The notes under the pieces were generated by a model. It was not told the origin of the DNA. It did no database searches and was given only the letters and a program-made list of their open reading frames with translations. A stretch of DNA of 64,000 nt from Lingula anatina (taxonomy: Eukaryota; Animalia; Brachiopoda), in contig CM120641.1 in NCBI GenBank assembly GCA_051362555.1, positions 34,044,401 through 34,108,400 on the forward strand, read 5' to 3'. Positions 14,329 to 27,932 of the stretch are shown piece after piece (positions within the stretch are counted from its first letter, which is position 1; every line of letters begins with the position of its first letter). Made by a program: the position numbers and the translations under genes.

Positions 14329-14996
14329 CACCCTGAGCTTCAGAGCTAACTTGACACTAACCTCTTCACTGTAGCCTATCTTCATCGTGTCAAGTAACCT
14401 CTGACCAGATTCGATTGCCTCCGCCGCCCGCCAATCAAATTTAAAAGCCCGCACTCAATGACTCATTAAACGATCTAGCCAATGAACGCGAACGAGTCAA
14501 AGCGCGCTTTGTTCAAATCCAGACCAATCAAAGATAAGGCTGAATATCAGGGACTTGCCGTAACCTGTGGGCAGCACGCAAATTACATCGTCTCTCAGTA
14601 GATAATGATGCAGGGCCTCAAACTGCTAGACCCTATGGTTTCAATTCCGATTTACTCATATTTTGCAAAGAATCAAGAGATAACTTAACACATTCTTTTT
14701 CGTAGTCACTCACCTTGCTTTCTTTGTGTACGGTAATACACTCGGAACTACTCGGATGTCTCCGCACTCGACAAAAACTATGTTGTTAGTATGGAGCTTG
14801 CGGAATCAGCCGAGGATTGCCGATTGACGGTCAACCAATCAGCGTTTTCACCAAACTTTGGTGAAAATTTTTGAAACATGGATTTGATTGGCTTATATAA
14901 ACTAGGTCAAACTATTTTCGTCAGAGGTTACTTGACACGATGGAGATAGGCTACAGTGAAAAGGTTAGTGTCAAGTTAGCTCTGAAGCTCAGGGTG
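14329..14996. mobile_element. MITE with ~75-bp TIRs and 8-bp TSD GGAGACAA (hAT- or P-type)
   Basis: GGAGACAA|CACCCTGAGCTTCAGAGCTAACTTGACACTAACC ... GGTTAGTGTCAAGTTAGCTCTGAAGCTCAGGGTG|GGAGACAA. Several internal CCAAT boxes. Confidence 0.92.
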
Positions 14997-17121
14997 GGAG
15001 ACAAGGAATAACAGCTTCAATTCGGGACTCGGATGTGAACCAAAATTTGTTTCTGAGAGATTTACCATTATGAAATAAAACTGATCGCCAAAACAAAGTT
15101 AATATCATTTGCATAAATCTACTGGTGTAGGGGAAAAACGATCGCTTGTAAGCTACATGTACTAAGAATACATTTGCTTTGTGGTTTCCACTTGTAATTT
15201 GTGAACATTTACCGTAAAATCTGTTATTGTCTCCTTCCCCCTCACCCTCTTCTTAATATGCTCGATCTGTCAGAGTTTAAAATGGATATTGGATTACATG
15301 CCCAGAACATTGCAGTTAGTGTCGTCTGTAGTAACACAAATTCTGCAAATGAACAGATTTTGATCTTGTGGACTCTGTAGCCCTGATAATGAGTGTATTG
15401 CCAGGGCTATCAAGACTAGGGCTCAAAAAGATAATATTTTGCTTCCCCGCCATACCTTGTTCCATCTCAATTGCCAAATTTCAATTGATAAAGATATTCG
15501 AATTTTAAAAAGTTCAGATTCACGGTATACAATGTATGTGGGCCTACAGTGTATGTGTTTCAAGAAATCATTTTCCACTATCGGACATGTACCATCTTTT
15601 TTTTCTATGGAACGTATACCATGTTTTCAATATGAAAAATACCCACCTAATGCATTCATGTTCAATATTTCTACGCAGTTTGAAACCGTTGTTGAATGCG
15701 TTGTTGATCGTGCTTCTCTAACACATTATGGACTCTGCAAAAGCCATGGTCGCAGTCATTCTGAGCAATGTACTGTATACAACATGCATAATAATAGGTC
15801 ACTGTGGTGAGAGAGAGTGAGAGAGAGAGAGAGAGATGTTGCGAGAAAACGACTACTGTTCTCTGAAAGGCTATCCACTCGTTCTCAATATATAGGTCCA
15901 TTTGAAGGAAACAGAAAGAAGAAAAATTAAGTTAAAGATACATGTTTAGTCGCAAATTCTATCGTTTCTAAATCACTGGTGACAAAAAGTGACAAATCTG
16001 TTTCTTTTTTTAAAATGAATTATTGGATTTTTTAAATTCATGTCTTGCTAGTACGGGGACGAAGTAACGCAGGTTAATAGTATTTTGGTAACGACAGTTT
16101 AAAAAATAACAACTCTTTTGGATAATATTCGCACTTTTATTAGTACTAACAAAAATTAGACTGTTAAAGGGTTATTACGAGATGCACGTTTATTTTACTG
16201 ACACATTTTGTCCTCAAATACAGCATATTTTTCACGATGCCCGGTAACGAAGGCTTTGCAAATTAAGGGGATGCAGTTTTGCCGTGTTTCGTGTAAAATA
16301 TTTTACTGAGCCCTGTCACCATTTTCTTTTGCTAATAATGGATAAAACAAATTAAATTGTTTAAAGGTTAAAACATTACAATAAAAAAGAAATAAACCTC
16401 AAACAACTAAAAATAATGACGTGTGCCAAAAGATGTAACAAAGCTTTTTTTAACTTTCAAAATCCGGCGACACCATGAACGTAGCCGCAAGCTATTTACT
16501 GAATTATTTAAAATAGACATTCAAGACTTTAGACACCATTCGCGCTTCCCGAAAAGTTGCGAATTTTCTACCTTAGTAAAAATGAACTAGATTGATTGAA
16601 GAATGTGAGATGGTGCTGCGAGTGACAGTAACAAAGGTTTACAGTTTAGGTCGTTTATGTTTTTGTGTAAAATCAGATAAATCTAGTAATTATTATTTTT
16701 TATTTTTTATGTTGTTAGACTGATGTTCTTTAATTTCCAGTTTTTCTATCCTGACTGAACGAATATTTTGAACCGGACTAACACATCTATTGCAATACAA
16801 TAATTTTGTTGGATTTATAGGATAGAGGTTATATTAGCATTTAGGGTCTTTTGCAATTTATCAGTTGATCGGAATCTTCCAAGATAACCAAAAAGTTTCA
16901 CGACTCAGCGTAATACAAAACAAGATTTCACAGAATTTGCAGGAGAGTCACCAATAATAGCAGACAAAAGAATGCGGTCCAGTAAAGAATTAAATCTACC
17001 AAAATTTTATCCAACGGGTATCTTTTTGACTGCATTGTCTTTAGGTTTGTATAATTACATTATTTTGTACAATAGTATGAATTTACCGTGTTTGGAATGT
17101 TACTTTCATATTGTTTCCTAG

Positions 17122-17366
17122 CAGTGGTGGATTTAAAGGGGGTGTCAGGGAGTTCTGACCCCCCTTCGATTTCCGAAAAAAGCTGAATCATAACTCTAAA
17201 CCGTACCAAATGACACCGTTCACCCTCTAAAATACCAAAATTTCAGCCCCGAATCCCATGCTAAGGGGGGGGGGGGGGGGGGCAGCTGGCGAGGGGCGGC
17301 TTCGCATCCGCGGCCTGTCATTCCTAAAAACCGTTCCCCCTTCAAATAATTCTGGATCCACCCTTG
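17122..17366. mobile_element. hAT-like MITE (same family as 8383-8654, opposite orientation)
   Basis: CAGTGGTGGATTT ... GGATCCACCCTTG termini. Internal 'ctgaatcataactctaaaccgtaccaaatgacaccgttcaccctctaaaatacc' is the reverse complement of the core at ~8490-8545. Confidence 0.6.
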
Positions 17367-18042
17367 GGTAGGATGACATTCCAGGCGAATAAGATTTCAT
17401 CCTTACTGCTTAAAGGTAGCCACACCTCAAGCGGCTCCTAGCACATTTTCTAGCCTCGTATGACGTCACACAGTTGTAATTAAGAGCGATTTGTAATTAA
17501 GAGTACTACTTCAAGGTCGGGAACTTGTTTACGTCCGGAATTCAAAACTGATCTAGAAAGCGTATCTTCTTTCATGAAAACGCACCGTTTATCACGTTCC
17601 GTTATTTTGCTATAAGACACAGGAAATACTTGATGTCAACTCTTAATTCAAACTGCACTTTCCAATTATATTTGACATAAACATTTCAATGGTGCAGAAG
17701 AACTAAAAAGATGTCCTGAAGGAAGCAAGACATTTTAGATTTTGCACCGAGAGATTCACGTTTTGCGGGATATGCAGTGCAGGTACTGATAGCAAACCCT
17801 GAAATGATAAAAGGGTATTTAAAATATATTCTTCACATTTAATGTCAAATTATGATTTTGTAAAATGAATACTTTGCTGAATTAGGTTTTTGTACTTTTA
17901 ACCTTAGGCACAATATATATTAAAAGCATACGTTTCCTCTACTCGGATTTTTGTTTTTTCTGATTATTAATAAAATGATTTAGGCCTACGCATCGTATGA
18001 GATCATTAGAGGATTAAAAAAGACATGTTAATCTTCATTTCA

Positions 18043-18089
<47 letters not shown>

Positions 18090-18598
18090 GAAAATCGGGT
18101 ACGAGCATATCCCGCCTTCTTGGGAGTGTCTTTTCAGCGAGATAAGGAAGTCACCAGTACATACGGTACACCATCGACCTTGTAAACGCACCCACTTTAC
18201 ACAATACACGTACGTCTTAACAATAAATTAAAATCCTACATTACGTAGTTTTTGCTTCCATTTAAGGTTTAAAAAAATATCAATTTGAACACGTTTTGAT
18301 ACGAACACTACAAAACAGCTGTGTCGACTTTCTTTCTGATTTGATGTGCGTAAATGTTTGGTTTTATTAACTTTCAGAGTATTAAACAGCAGCAGGTTCT
18401 GAGAATAAGTAGTTTTCATCTAATGCATGCTACAATATTTTCCAGACAGTCCACATAGTGCCTGAAACGTTTGTTTTTCTCCTTATCACAAAGCCCTACA
18501 AGACTCAAGGTACAAGTACATAGACATCTGTCATTTCCTCTGAACATTTAACAATTTGTGCTTAGTCTACAGTGATTAGTACAGTTTTTCCAGTCATT

Positions 18599-19481
18599 TT
18601 ACATAAAGAGACGTCCAAACCCCTTCCAGTAGCGATCTCCCCCTGCATTACCCACAAGGACGCGTGACTCCAAAGTGACGGGTTTGGGTGCACTTGATCG
18701 GACACTGAAGCTGCACGTTTCCATCTTGCTCTGCTTTACATTGCCCATAATGAAGAACCGCGCCGTTGCTGTGACTTTACCAGCGACGTCGTAGGTAACT
18801 GCCAACTGATCTTGGCGGCAGTATCGTCCGAACTGAGCCCCTGTACTGACACGATGATATTCCGGTCTCCCTCTCGTAATGTGCCCCCAGTTGTCTTCCA
18901 GACTGCAATAAACATATCAAGAATGTAAGCATGTGGTTTTGTATCGTTTGTATGAACTTGCACCCCATTTCCATAGATTAGATCGACCTACTTTAGATCG
19001 ACCTAACTCCCTGGGGGTTCACGCTAAATAGCTGTCAGCCGGGCGGACACGAAAGTTAATTACCCCCTTACAGCTTGTAGTAGGCGGGACGGACATTTAA
19101 GTTGGATTATCTGAAAGTAATCTAGTGAGACTCCCCGCGGGGATAGATCGATCTAAAATCTATGGGAATAGAGCCTTAGTTTGTGGCGCCTTTTTTATGT
19201 TCTCAAATCCTTAATATGCATAGAATTAAATGAGGTTACTTGTCTCCAAGCGATGCACTCACACAGGAGGAAAGGTTACAAGTGTTGTCTATATTTTGTT
19301 GAAAAGAGGAATTAGAATTGTCTTTGCAAATTAAATAAAGTGGAATATCCTTATGAGCGATGTGACTTTACTCATGCTTGTGAGAGCTACATGTAGAATA
19401 TGTGTGTTTTCGAGCAATTAAACATAAAAAGATTCATGCTGTTTCAGTTAAATTACAAGTTTCTTATTAAAAAAAAAAATA

Positions 19482-19527
<46 letters not shown>

Positions 19528-19999
19528 AGTAGGGTTCTGATTCTGTCAAGAATGTACCCATATACATTTAAAAATCAATCGGCGCAGGATTTGTAAGTAG
19601 AGCAGGAATTTATACATTGCCTCAAACTGACCTTCGATAAAACAATTGCAACTAATTGGTAACTTCTAGTACATTAAATTAATAATAAGCATTATATACT
19701 ACATAATTATATTTATCATATTTAATCAAAAGAATCACGCTGCCAAAAAAAAAAGATTTTTTTTCTCATTTAAAATAGGCTACTCACGTCACGTGAACAG
19801 ACCCCGATATGTCCTCAGTCCCTTGCATGTTGTCGACTGTATAGTTCCAGCAGCTAGTTATCTTGACCAAGGCGTCTGTCACGGCATCTGTAGGGCACTC
19901 AATAACGCCAGCTACGTGTATGTCAGCAGCAGGCTTGGCTTTGGAAAAGCTCACAAAAATTAGGCCAACTAGGCATGCAAATATCCAAGACATCCACAT
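18599..19999 (-). CDS. Secreted ~171-aa protein of unknown function (2 exons: 19999-19788, 18902-18599)
   Basis: Signal peptide MWMSWIFACLVGLIFVSFSKA. Phase-2 intron (AC|GTGAGT ... TTGCAG|T) joins SVHVT to LEDNWGHITRGRPEYHRV...RYWKGFGRLFM* with no stop. Four cysteines in the mature part. Confidence 0.75.
18961..19175. mobile_element. PIF/Harbinger-like MITE in the intron of the secreted-protein gene
   Basis: ~215-bp element; a close reverse-complement copy lies at ~46997-47211 flanked by TAA on both sides. AGATCGAT/AGATCGAC subterminal repeats. Confidence 0.8.
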
Positions 20000-20532
20000 G
20001 ATATAAACCAGTTGTTTCTATAGGTTTATTCCGTTAACTATGACTGCTTAGATTGTTGTTGTTTTCTATTCATTTGTAGGCCTACCTATGAGTTTAAATA
20101 AGGACTGTCAGCATCGAGATTCACGTGCGATTTTGCTGAAACCCATGCGGCTCCGTGTGTGGGCATTGTGGTTTATTTGCATTTTGGAATTTGGACTCTT
20201 CTGACGGGCTCTCTTATAAAAACGGAAACAAATTGATTGTGGCCGCTTGCGTGATATGTGTGCTTCAATGAGAACATATTTAGTAGTAAAGTGAAGAAAA
20301 CTGGTCTTCCTCGGAAGTTCTGACTACGTAAAATATCACAGGACCAGCTACAATTCACATTAATATATTAATGATATGACAATTTAATTGCATGTCATAT
20401 CACGCAATAAAGCGACAGTAGAGGACGTTTCATATCTTAAAGAGATGTCGCAACTAAGAAATGATAAAATCTTACAATGTCAAAATGTCATATATAGATC
20501 TACGGTAGATAGGCTACAAGAAGAAAGTTTTA

Positions 20533-20533
20533 C

Positions 20534-20580
<47 letters not shown>

Positions 20581-20581
20581 A
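20533..20581. repeat. (TAAA)n microsatellite
   Basis: About 11-12 consecutive TAAA units. Confidence 0.95.
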
Positions 20582-21018
20582 AAAGTTAACGGTTAAATTG
20601 ACATTAATTAAAAGATAAGCTTTGAAGACCATTACAGTGGCGGGTTTGGGGGGGATCCAGGGAGGTCCTGATCCCCCTTAGATTTTTGAAAAAAAAAAAA
20701 CAACTATAGTATCCTCTTGAAATTAGAATTTTGACCTGAATCATAGTTCTAAACTGTACCAAATGGCATCGTTTGCCCTCCAAAATACCAAAATTTTCGG
20801 GGCCCTGCAGTGGGCCCCGCACCCCACGTCAAGGGGCGAGGGAGGGTCCGCTTCGCATCAATTTCTTTCACATTAGCTTAGGGAATTCCAAACCTCGATC
20901 TCGAGTTTTATTAAATGAACTAGGTCGAGCTATTTATAGCACTACGCCATATTCTACTTTCGGTGAAGGCCGCGGACTTTGACTGTCAATGCAGGTGTTT
21001 TAGCAGACCGATGAAAAG

Positions 21019-23298
21019 ATGGCAAGTCCGGCGTCAGTCGAGGTGGACGTAGTCGTTGTAGGAGCAGGGTTGTCTGGGCTTAGTGCAGCGTATGAACTGA
21101 CAAAAAGAGACCCCAGTCTTCGCGTGGCTGTGCTGGAAGCAAAAGGTAGGTCTCTTCATCTCTGACTTTCTCGCCATTTGTCAACATGATTTTCGGGTTT
21201 AGGCCCGGTCAGGGGGTTTAAACGAATGCAAAACGTGTGACTTGCTTCCTGTGAAATGCCCTTGGCACACAGCTATCACGTATATACAAGCACATTTCTA
21301 GAGATTTGTTTTCCTGGTAACCAATACAAATATCGTGCACATATCCTGTGAGACGATAATGGAAATGTTATTTTCTCGGGTTACTTAAAATACAGTTTAA
21401 TGTCACCTTTAATAGCGAATGTGTATGTTTTAAAGCACGTACGTTCTCAGCGTGTACAAAAAGTCTTTAAAAGATTGAATGGTTTCGGATGTCGGAGGGA
21501 CATTCAATGTCTTAAAAGGGGGAGGGGTCTAGTGCATGGACAAAGTCGCAGACATTAATCAAAGTGCCTAAATAAAAAATGGCACCAGAAGCTGTCAAGT
21601 TCTTATGAATTCCTGTAAAAATTTATTATTTTTTAGAAAAAGAAAATTTCATGTAAGACTCATAATTGAAAGTGAAGTTGAAACGTCATTCTTAAAATGC
21701 ATACAAGTATTTATGTCAAGTTTAATATTTATCTATAATTGTTCCATTAGATAGGGTTGGTGGTCGCACTTTAACAACAACATTAAAAGCAGCAGGAGGA
21801 GAAGATGTATGGGATCTTGGTGGACAGTGGGTAGGAAGGTATGTGTATGTGGCAAGATAAGCTTTGAAGACCATATGTTTCTATGCGTACTGTACCTGGT
21901 ACCTTATGTGTCTCATGCAGTATTTAAAAACTGAGTTCTGGATTTTGGGATCATAAATAAATGAGAAAAAAAATATACAAATAAGTAAATAAATAAAAAG
22001 AAATTGAATCATCATATCTACCATTTTTGTGGCCTGATGGTTGTATTGCACACAAATCACTCAGAGAGAAATTGTGTAATCATGTTTATAACTTGAAATT
22101 ATTTTTTTTATATTAGATATGTATAACTTTAAGGACTTTTATGTCCTTTAATTTAGGAGACTGCAAAATTACGATATAATTGAAATTCCGCATTGTATAA
22201 TTGCTGCCAACAGTGGATTTTTTTCATAGTGTCAAAAAGAAATTAGTAAAACATCTGTTTGTCCATGTAGCGGGTACAGTGTTAACAGCACATTAGCCAG
22301 GAAACAACTACTTTCACTTGGTATTGTGTAACTGCCCTTACTGACAAAATACGGTTCCGGCAATGGTTGCAGGAGTACTCCAGCTGTACTGGGGAGTACT
22401 GCAATAACACTTCCTAGTCCATGACCAGAAGGGTACCTTATTGGCAGTGTACTGTTAAATAATTCTGTATTCATTAAGATCCTTGATATTTGAATGTGTT
22501 CACCCACAAAATAAGTATAAGAAACAGCTTAATCTTGCAAATATGTAAATAGGCAGTAAATAATTGTAATGATTGATACAAGTGTACATGTGTATATATA
22601 CATGTACATTTGTTTTATTTCATCCATCCTGTAACTTGGTTAATGTTTTAAATGTGATAAACGAAAAAAAAAACCTAACAACTTTGAAAATTGGCTTAGT
22701 GTCATGATTCAGTGAACATTCAGATTGAAAATATATTGCAGGACTCAGGTTCACATAATGGCGCTGTTACAAGAGCTGGGCCTTGAGGTGTATAGTCAGT
22801 ACAACAAAGGAAAGAAGTACATGAAGCTAGGAAACAACAAAATTAACACATATGTCTCAGACATCCCAACACTACCCATTTGGGCATTATTAGATCTTCA
22901 TTTTTTTCTGAAAAAGGTAACAGAAGTTCTTGTATTTTAGAATGGATGTGCACATACACTATCAATGTATATTATCTTGTGTACATGTAGTTTTTTCCAA
23001 AAATATTTTTGAATTAATAAGTTTGAATGTAAACATTTTGATTTTTGCTTGCTTTTACTTTTCTTTCTAGTTCCCTCAATATATGATAGAGTTGAGCTAC
23101 AATTATAATTGATTGTAAAAGAAATCACCTACATGCTATAATGAAGAAAACCAATAACCTTTTTTTTTTGTATATTTAAGATAGATCATATGAGTACCAA
23201 AGTTCCAATTGAAGACCCATATAAATGTCAGTATGCTGAGGAATGGGACAGTGTTACTGTAGAAGATTTTAAACAAGAACATTGTTGGACAAAAGGTG

Positions 23299-23335
<37 letters not shown>

Positions 23336-26300
23336 TTGATAACATTAAACGAATGATTATTTTTGTAACAAAAAACCTTAGAATAATGGTCATTTTCCCC
23401 AGATTTGTCATCTCATAATTTAATTTATATCTGCTACACAGTGTCCTTTAAAAATTTATTAAACATTTCAAACATTAGTTATGAATTTTAAGTAAATAAA
23501 ATCAGGGGCGGATTTAGGTCGTCTTCTGGGTCTTCCGGAAGACGGTCAGATTTTCAAGTTTACATTGACGGGTATCTAATTTTTTCTGTTGGAAGACGGT
23601 TAGAATTGGAGGATGAATCAACAAAGATAATTTGGAAGACTGTCAGTAAATAGCTCTGGATCCGCCCCTGAAAATGCATTCCTTATCCTTACTTTTTTTG
23701 AGTAAAGTAATATATTCTTACTTGTTATGCTGTATTTACGAATTAGTTAAAAGTTAACAGGATTATTTTACCAGCTGCTATGGAAGCCATAGATTGTGCA
23801 GTCTTAGTGATGTTTGGAGTGGACTGCTCTCAGATATCTTTGCTGTATTTTCTGGCATACAATAATGCCGCTGGTGGGATTAAAGCTCTAACAGAGTCCT
23901 CTGAAGGTGCAGGGCAGGAATTCAAAGTTAAGGTAGAGAACAATGGTGTAGGTCTTAAAAGATATTTATTCAGAAGTTTTTTTCACCTTCCAAAACTCCA
24001 ATTATCCTTATCAGTAAATGTTTCTACTGGTACTCCTGAGTACATATGTTGTTATTACTGTCCAGTCTGAAAAACTTAACTAGCTAGCAAGGAAAATTGC
24101 AATCCTTTTATTATAGTGATTTACCACTGAAAATAACCTTTAGCTCATATGTCTTTATATATTCTTATGGTCTAAAATGCACTAAAGAAATTACATTAAT
24201 GATTTTCTTTTACTGGCTACACTTTTTTCAACACTATTCATATTGCCTAATTCAAATAACTAGATTGATACATAAGTGAATATTTTTACATCTACATGGC
24301 ATCATTTTGTTTTATTTATAATATATTTCATTTGTGATTGATTTTTCTGAAAATAAATAAAAAATTGAACATGCTTTGTGAAAAAATTAAATTTACTCTT
24401 TTAGGGTGGAACTCAACAGATATCTCAATTATTGGCTGAAAAAATTGGAAAGCAAAATATTTATTTAAATAACCCCGTAATGACAGTTACCCAAGTAAGT
24501 TGATATCATTATGTCCACATACAAAAGGATCACATGCTTTCTATTGAAGATTTCTACATTTAAACCTAAAGATACGAAATGATTGCTAACACAAAAATGT
24601 GTCGCTATGAACTTTTCTTTGCTAAATATTTTACAAGAGAAGCCTTGTTTTAAAAGAAAATTGCTGTAAATGGGGTATGCAAAAATGTTATAAATTTAAA
24701 AAAATGTAGATTGCTGATTATAGGTGTTTTAATTTGCCATCAACTCTCTTGCTAATGAAATGTGTCAAATTCTGTTTATGTTTAATTTGAAGGATGACAC
24801 ACAAGTACTTATAACCACAACTACAGGGGATGTTTTCAGGTGCTCCAGAGCAATTTTTACAACAATGCCTCAACAAACAGGTGACGTATATACTGGTAAA
24901 CTGGTTCACATACTGGGAAAAACAGTGTTCCCTTTAGTATCATATTTTTTGAAGTGAGATGACTGAAAATTTTACCCAAAATATTTTTTCTGTGTTTATA
25001 CTGTAGAAAAGCTGAATGTTGTGTTAAATTTCTAGTATATATGGAGAGGAATGTTAGTAATTTTGCTAGGGTGAACTTTTGAGTAAATCTCTCTGAAAAT
25101 ACTAATGCTGATGTAACTAGCTTATGTTCTTTTGTATTCACTAGTTCAGTGAAATATTTACATAAATACGGTAATATTGTTTTTTTTATTGAAGATCAAC
25201 ACTGGCAAAAAATAAAACAATGCGGGGATGGGATTACCTTTGAATATGGAATGTTAAAGTTTTGAGGAGCTTTCTTGTTCTTTCATTACTTAGGTTGATA
25301 ATGAAAGTATATGATTGTATGCTAAATATAACTGTCTTAAAGGGCATTTTGTAGTACATGGGGTATAACCAGTACCTGCCAGTGGGTGAATTTTAGTTTT
25401 TTTTCATAAATATTTGACTTTTTGGATTAATATGAAATGTTTTTTTTAGCCTCGGTGCAGTTCAATCCAAGTTTGCCTCTTGAAAAACTGGAACTGTTCA
25501 AGAGAATGCCAGCTGGTTGTATTGTGAAGTTCATTATTACTTATCGAAATGTATGTTTTACCTTTGTATTAAGAAGCATATACATGTAACAGTGACTTTT
25601 TTGCCTTTAAAAACTCTCAAAACTATATATAGTTACTATATTGGACCATTAGATTAATTAGCAGAGGTCAAAAGTTGTGAGAAAATTTGACCTGATAAAT
25701 TTTTGTTCACACACTAGTACATGTACTCTTATGAGTCAAATGTCATCAATAAATGTTTACCAGACATGTGAAACATAGGGTCTCATCATGACTTTCGCAT
25801 ACCATTTTAACCAGTCTCGGCCATGAATTATCAATTAAGTCATGATTACATGTAAGTGGCTCGAAAATGACCCATACTTCAGTCAATTTCTAGCCTCGAA
25901 TTAATGCTGTGTGTGCTCAGCCCCAGAGATTTCTGGCATTTAGTCGATTATTAAAAAATAAATATACATTGTGTAATTGTTTACCTATTATTTGGTATTT
26001 TGTCCATTAGACTTTTTGGCGGGATGCAGGTTTCTCTGGGGAGATCGTAACATGTGGCAGAACTAAAACAGGAGAAGATGGCCCCCTGGGGGTGGTGTTT
26101 GATGCAACCTCACCAAATGGGAATCCTGCTTTGGTTGGCTTTGTGGCAGCCAAACAGGCAGTTAAATGGAGCTGTGATGAAGTACGTACTTGCTTTGTAT
26201 GCATATAAAGAATTTTGACCCATGATATTTTGTAGCGTAATTTATCTCAGGATTCAACTCTCTAAATATAAATTAAATTTATTAAATCCATCAATATATG

Positions 26301-27932
26301 GATATTCATGCATTTATATGTAAACCTGCAGTGAATTTTTAAGCAGAGAGAAATATATGCTTGAGTAAACTGCAAGGCTTTAATTGAGGCTATGTTAGTA
26401 TACATGTACATAGCAAATTGTTGTTGCAAGTAGCTATACCGGTATATTACAGCAACTCATATTTTGCATCCTTTTATTTTAAACAGCATGACCCCACCCC
26501 CTTTTATTTTAGCACTTGATCCAGTGGTACATGTAGTTATGATTCTGCTTATTTTTTTGTCAGGCAGCAAAGAGGAAGGCAGTAGTGTTGTCTGCCATTG
26601 CAGAGTTCTTAGGTCCCCAAGCTGAGGAATGCCTGGACTATGTAGAACAGAATTGGGGAGAGGAGCCTTACACTTTGGGTGGACCTGTATCCCCAGCTAC
26701 TACAGGCTGCATGGCCTATTTTGCTGCAGGACTAAGGCAACCATTTAATAGGTTAAAAACAATTACTATTGAGTAAAGTTTACTACTAGTAGTAGTATCA
26801 TTCTTGCTAGAATGTGCATCTAAGGGAACTTTCTGATATTTTTAGAATTGCCTGTAGCATACATTTGGCAAGGATTTCTGAATTTTCCATTTGAAAAATA
26901 TTACTGACAAGCAATTTATAAAGGTTATAGGTTCAGAGATAATTTCAAGTTCACATATTCAATAAAGCTGCTGCAGTATCTAGAAAAATTCAATTATTAT
27001 CTTTTTTTTTCAAACTTTTCTTTAAGAATCCACTTTGGGGGGACAGAGTCGGCCACAGTGTGGTGTGGTTTCATGAATGGTGCTGTGCAAGCAGGAACTA
27101 GGACTGCCATTGAGGTAAACAAAAAGATATTCACCATTCATATACAGTGGTATATGAACAGTTTCCTGCTGGTGGTTGTGTCTACAGTAAATTACTCATC
27201 TTTTCAATTGGGAAAAATATGTGAATTTTACAGATATTGTATTTTTATTTTGTGGCAGCAACAAAATTAAGAAGCAGGCTAGTTTATGCTCTGTGCAGTA
27301 AAAGCTCTGCAAATGCTATAGAAAAATATTTTTTTTTTAAAATTATAAATAAAATAAAATTATGTATCTGACAGTTTGATAATTGCAGTACTTTGTTTTA
27401 ATCGTCAACCACCATTTTTCAAATGTTCAGTTGATTTGGCAGCAAGAAATATTGATAAAAGTTTGTGTTCTCTTTCTTTGTTTGGTAATTGTGATACAGA
27501 ATGTAAACCAGATATTTTATTAGCCTTTACTACTATCATGTTAACTATGGTGGTACAATGTATAATGAACCCAAAACCATTGAGTAGGTACATTATGTTG
27601 ATGTACTAAAGAATACAAAAGTATACAGTATAAATATATACAGCATTGATATATACAGACAGTATATTGGTTTTCTAATGTACTAGTACATTTACTTGCA
27701 GATTGTGGTACTTAATTTAAAAATTGATTTATTAAAGGTTCTCTACCACCTCCGACCACAAGCAGTAGCCACAGAAGAACTTAGACAAAGTGCCTATTGT
27801 CCAGCCTCCACCTGGCCAAAGAAGAAGAGGAAAGTGAAGAGACATAAGATATTGAAATGGACCCTTGGGTTTGGGGTCCTCACTTGTTTAGCATTAGTGG
27901 CAAGAAGAACTTACATAAAATACATTGATTGA
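21019..27932 (+). CDS. Flavin-containing monoamine oxidase-like protein, copy 1, with C-terminal membrane anchor (12 exons: 21019-21145, 21751-21838, 22742-22916, 23181-23295, 23775-23932, 24405-24494, 24793-24880, 25450-25550, 26011-26181, 26564-26751, 27027-27114, 27738-27932)
   Basis: DVVVVGAGLSGLSAA...VLEAKDRVGGRT FAD-binding motif, DLGGQWVG, GQEFKVKGGTQQIS, RIHFGGTESATVWCGFMNGAVQAG. Ends in a basic stretch plus a TM segment (WTLGFGVLTCLALVARR). Confidence 0.95.
23503..23670. mobile_element. Small hAT-like MITE in MAO copy 1 intron 4
   Basis: CAGGGGCGGATTTAG ... CTGGATCCGCCCCTG terminal inverted repeats; repeated GGAAGAC motifs. Confidence 0.7.

Noticed and set aside
18006-18231. Poly-Lys/poly-Phe ORFs
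   Set aside because: Translation of a poly(A) tract (also at 19470-19526 and ~62985-63025).
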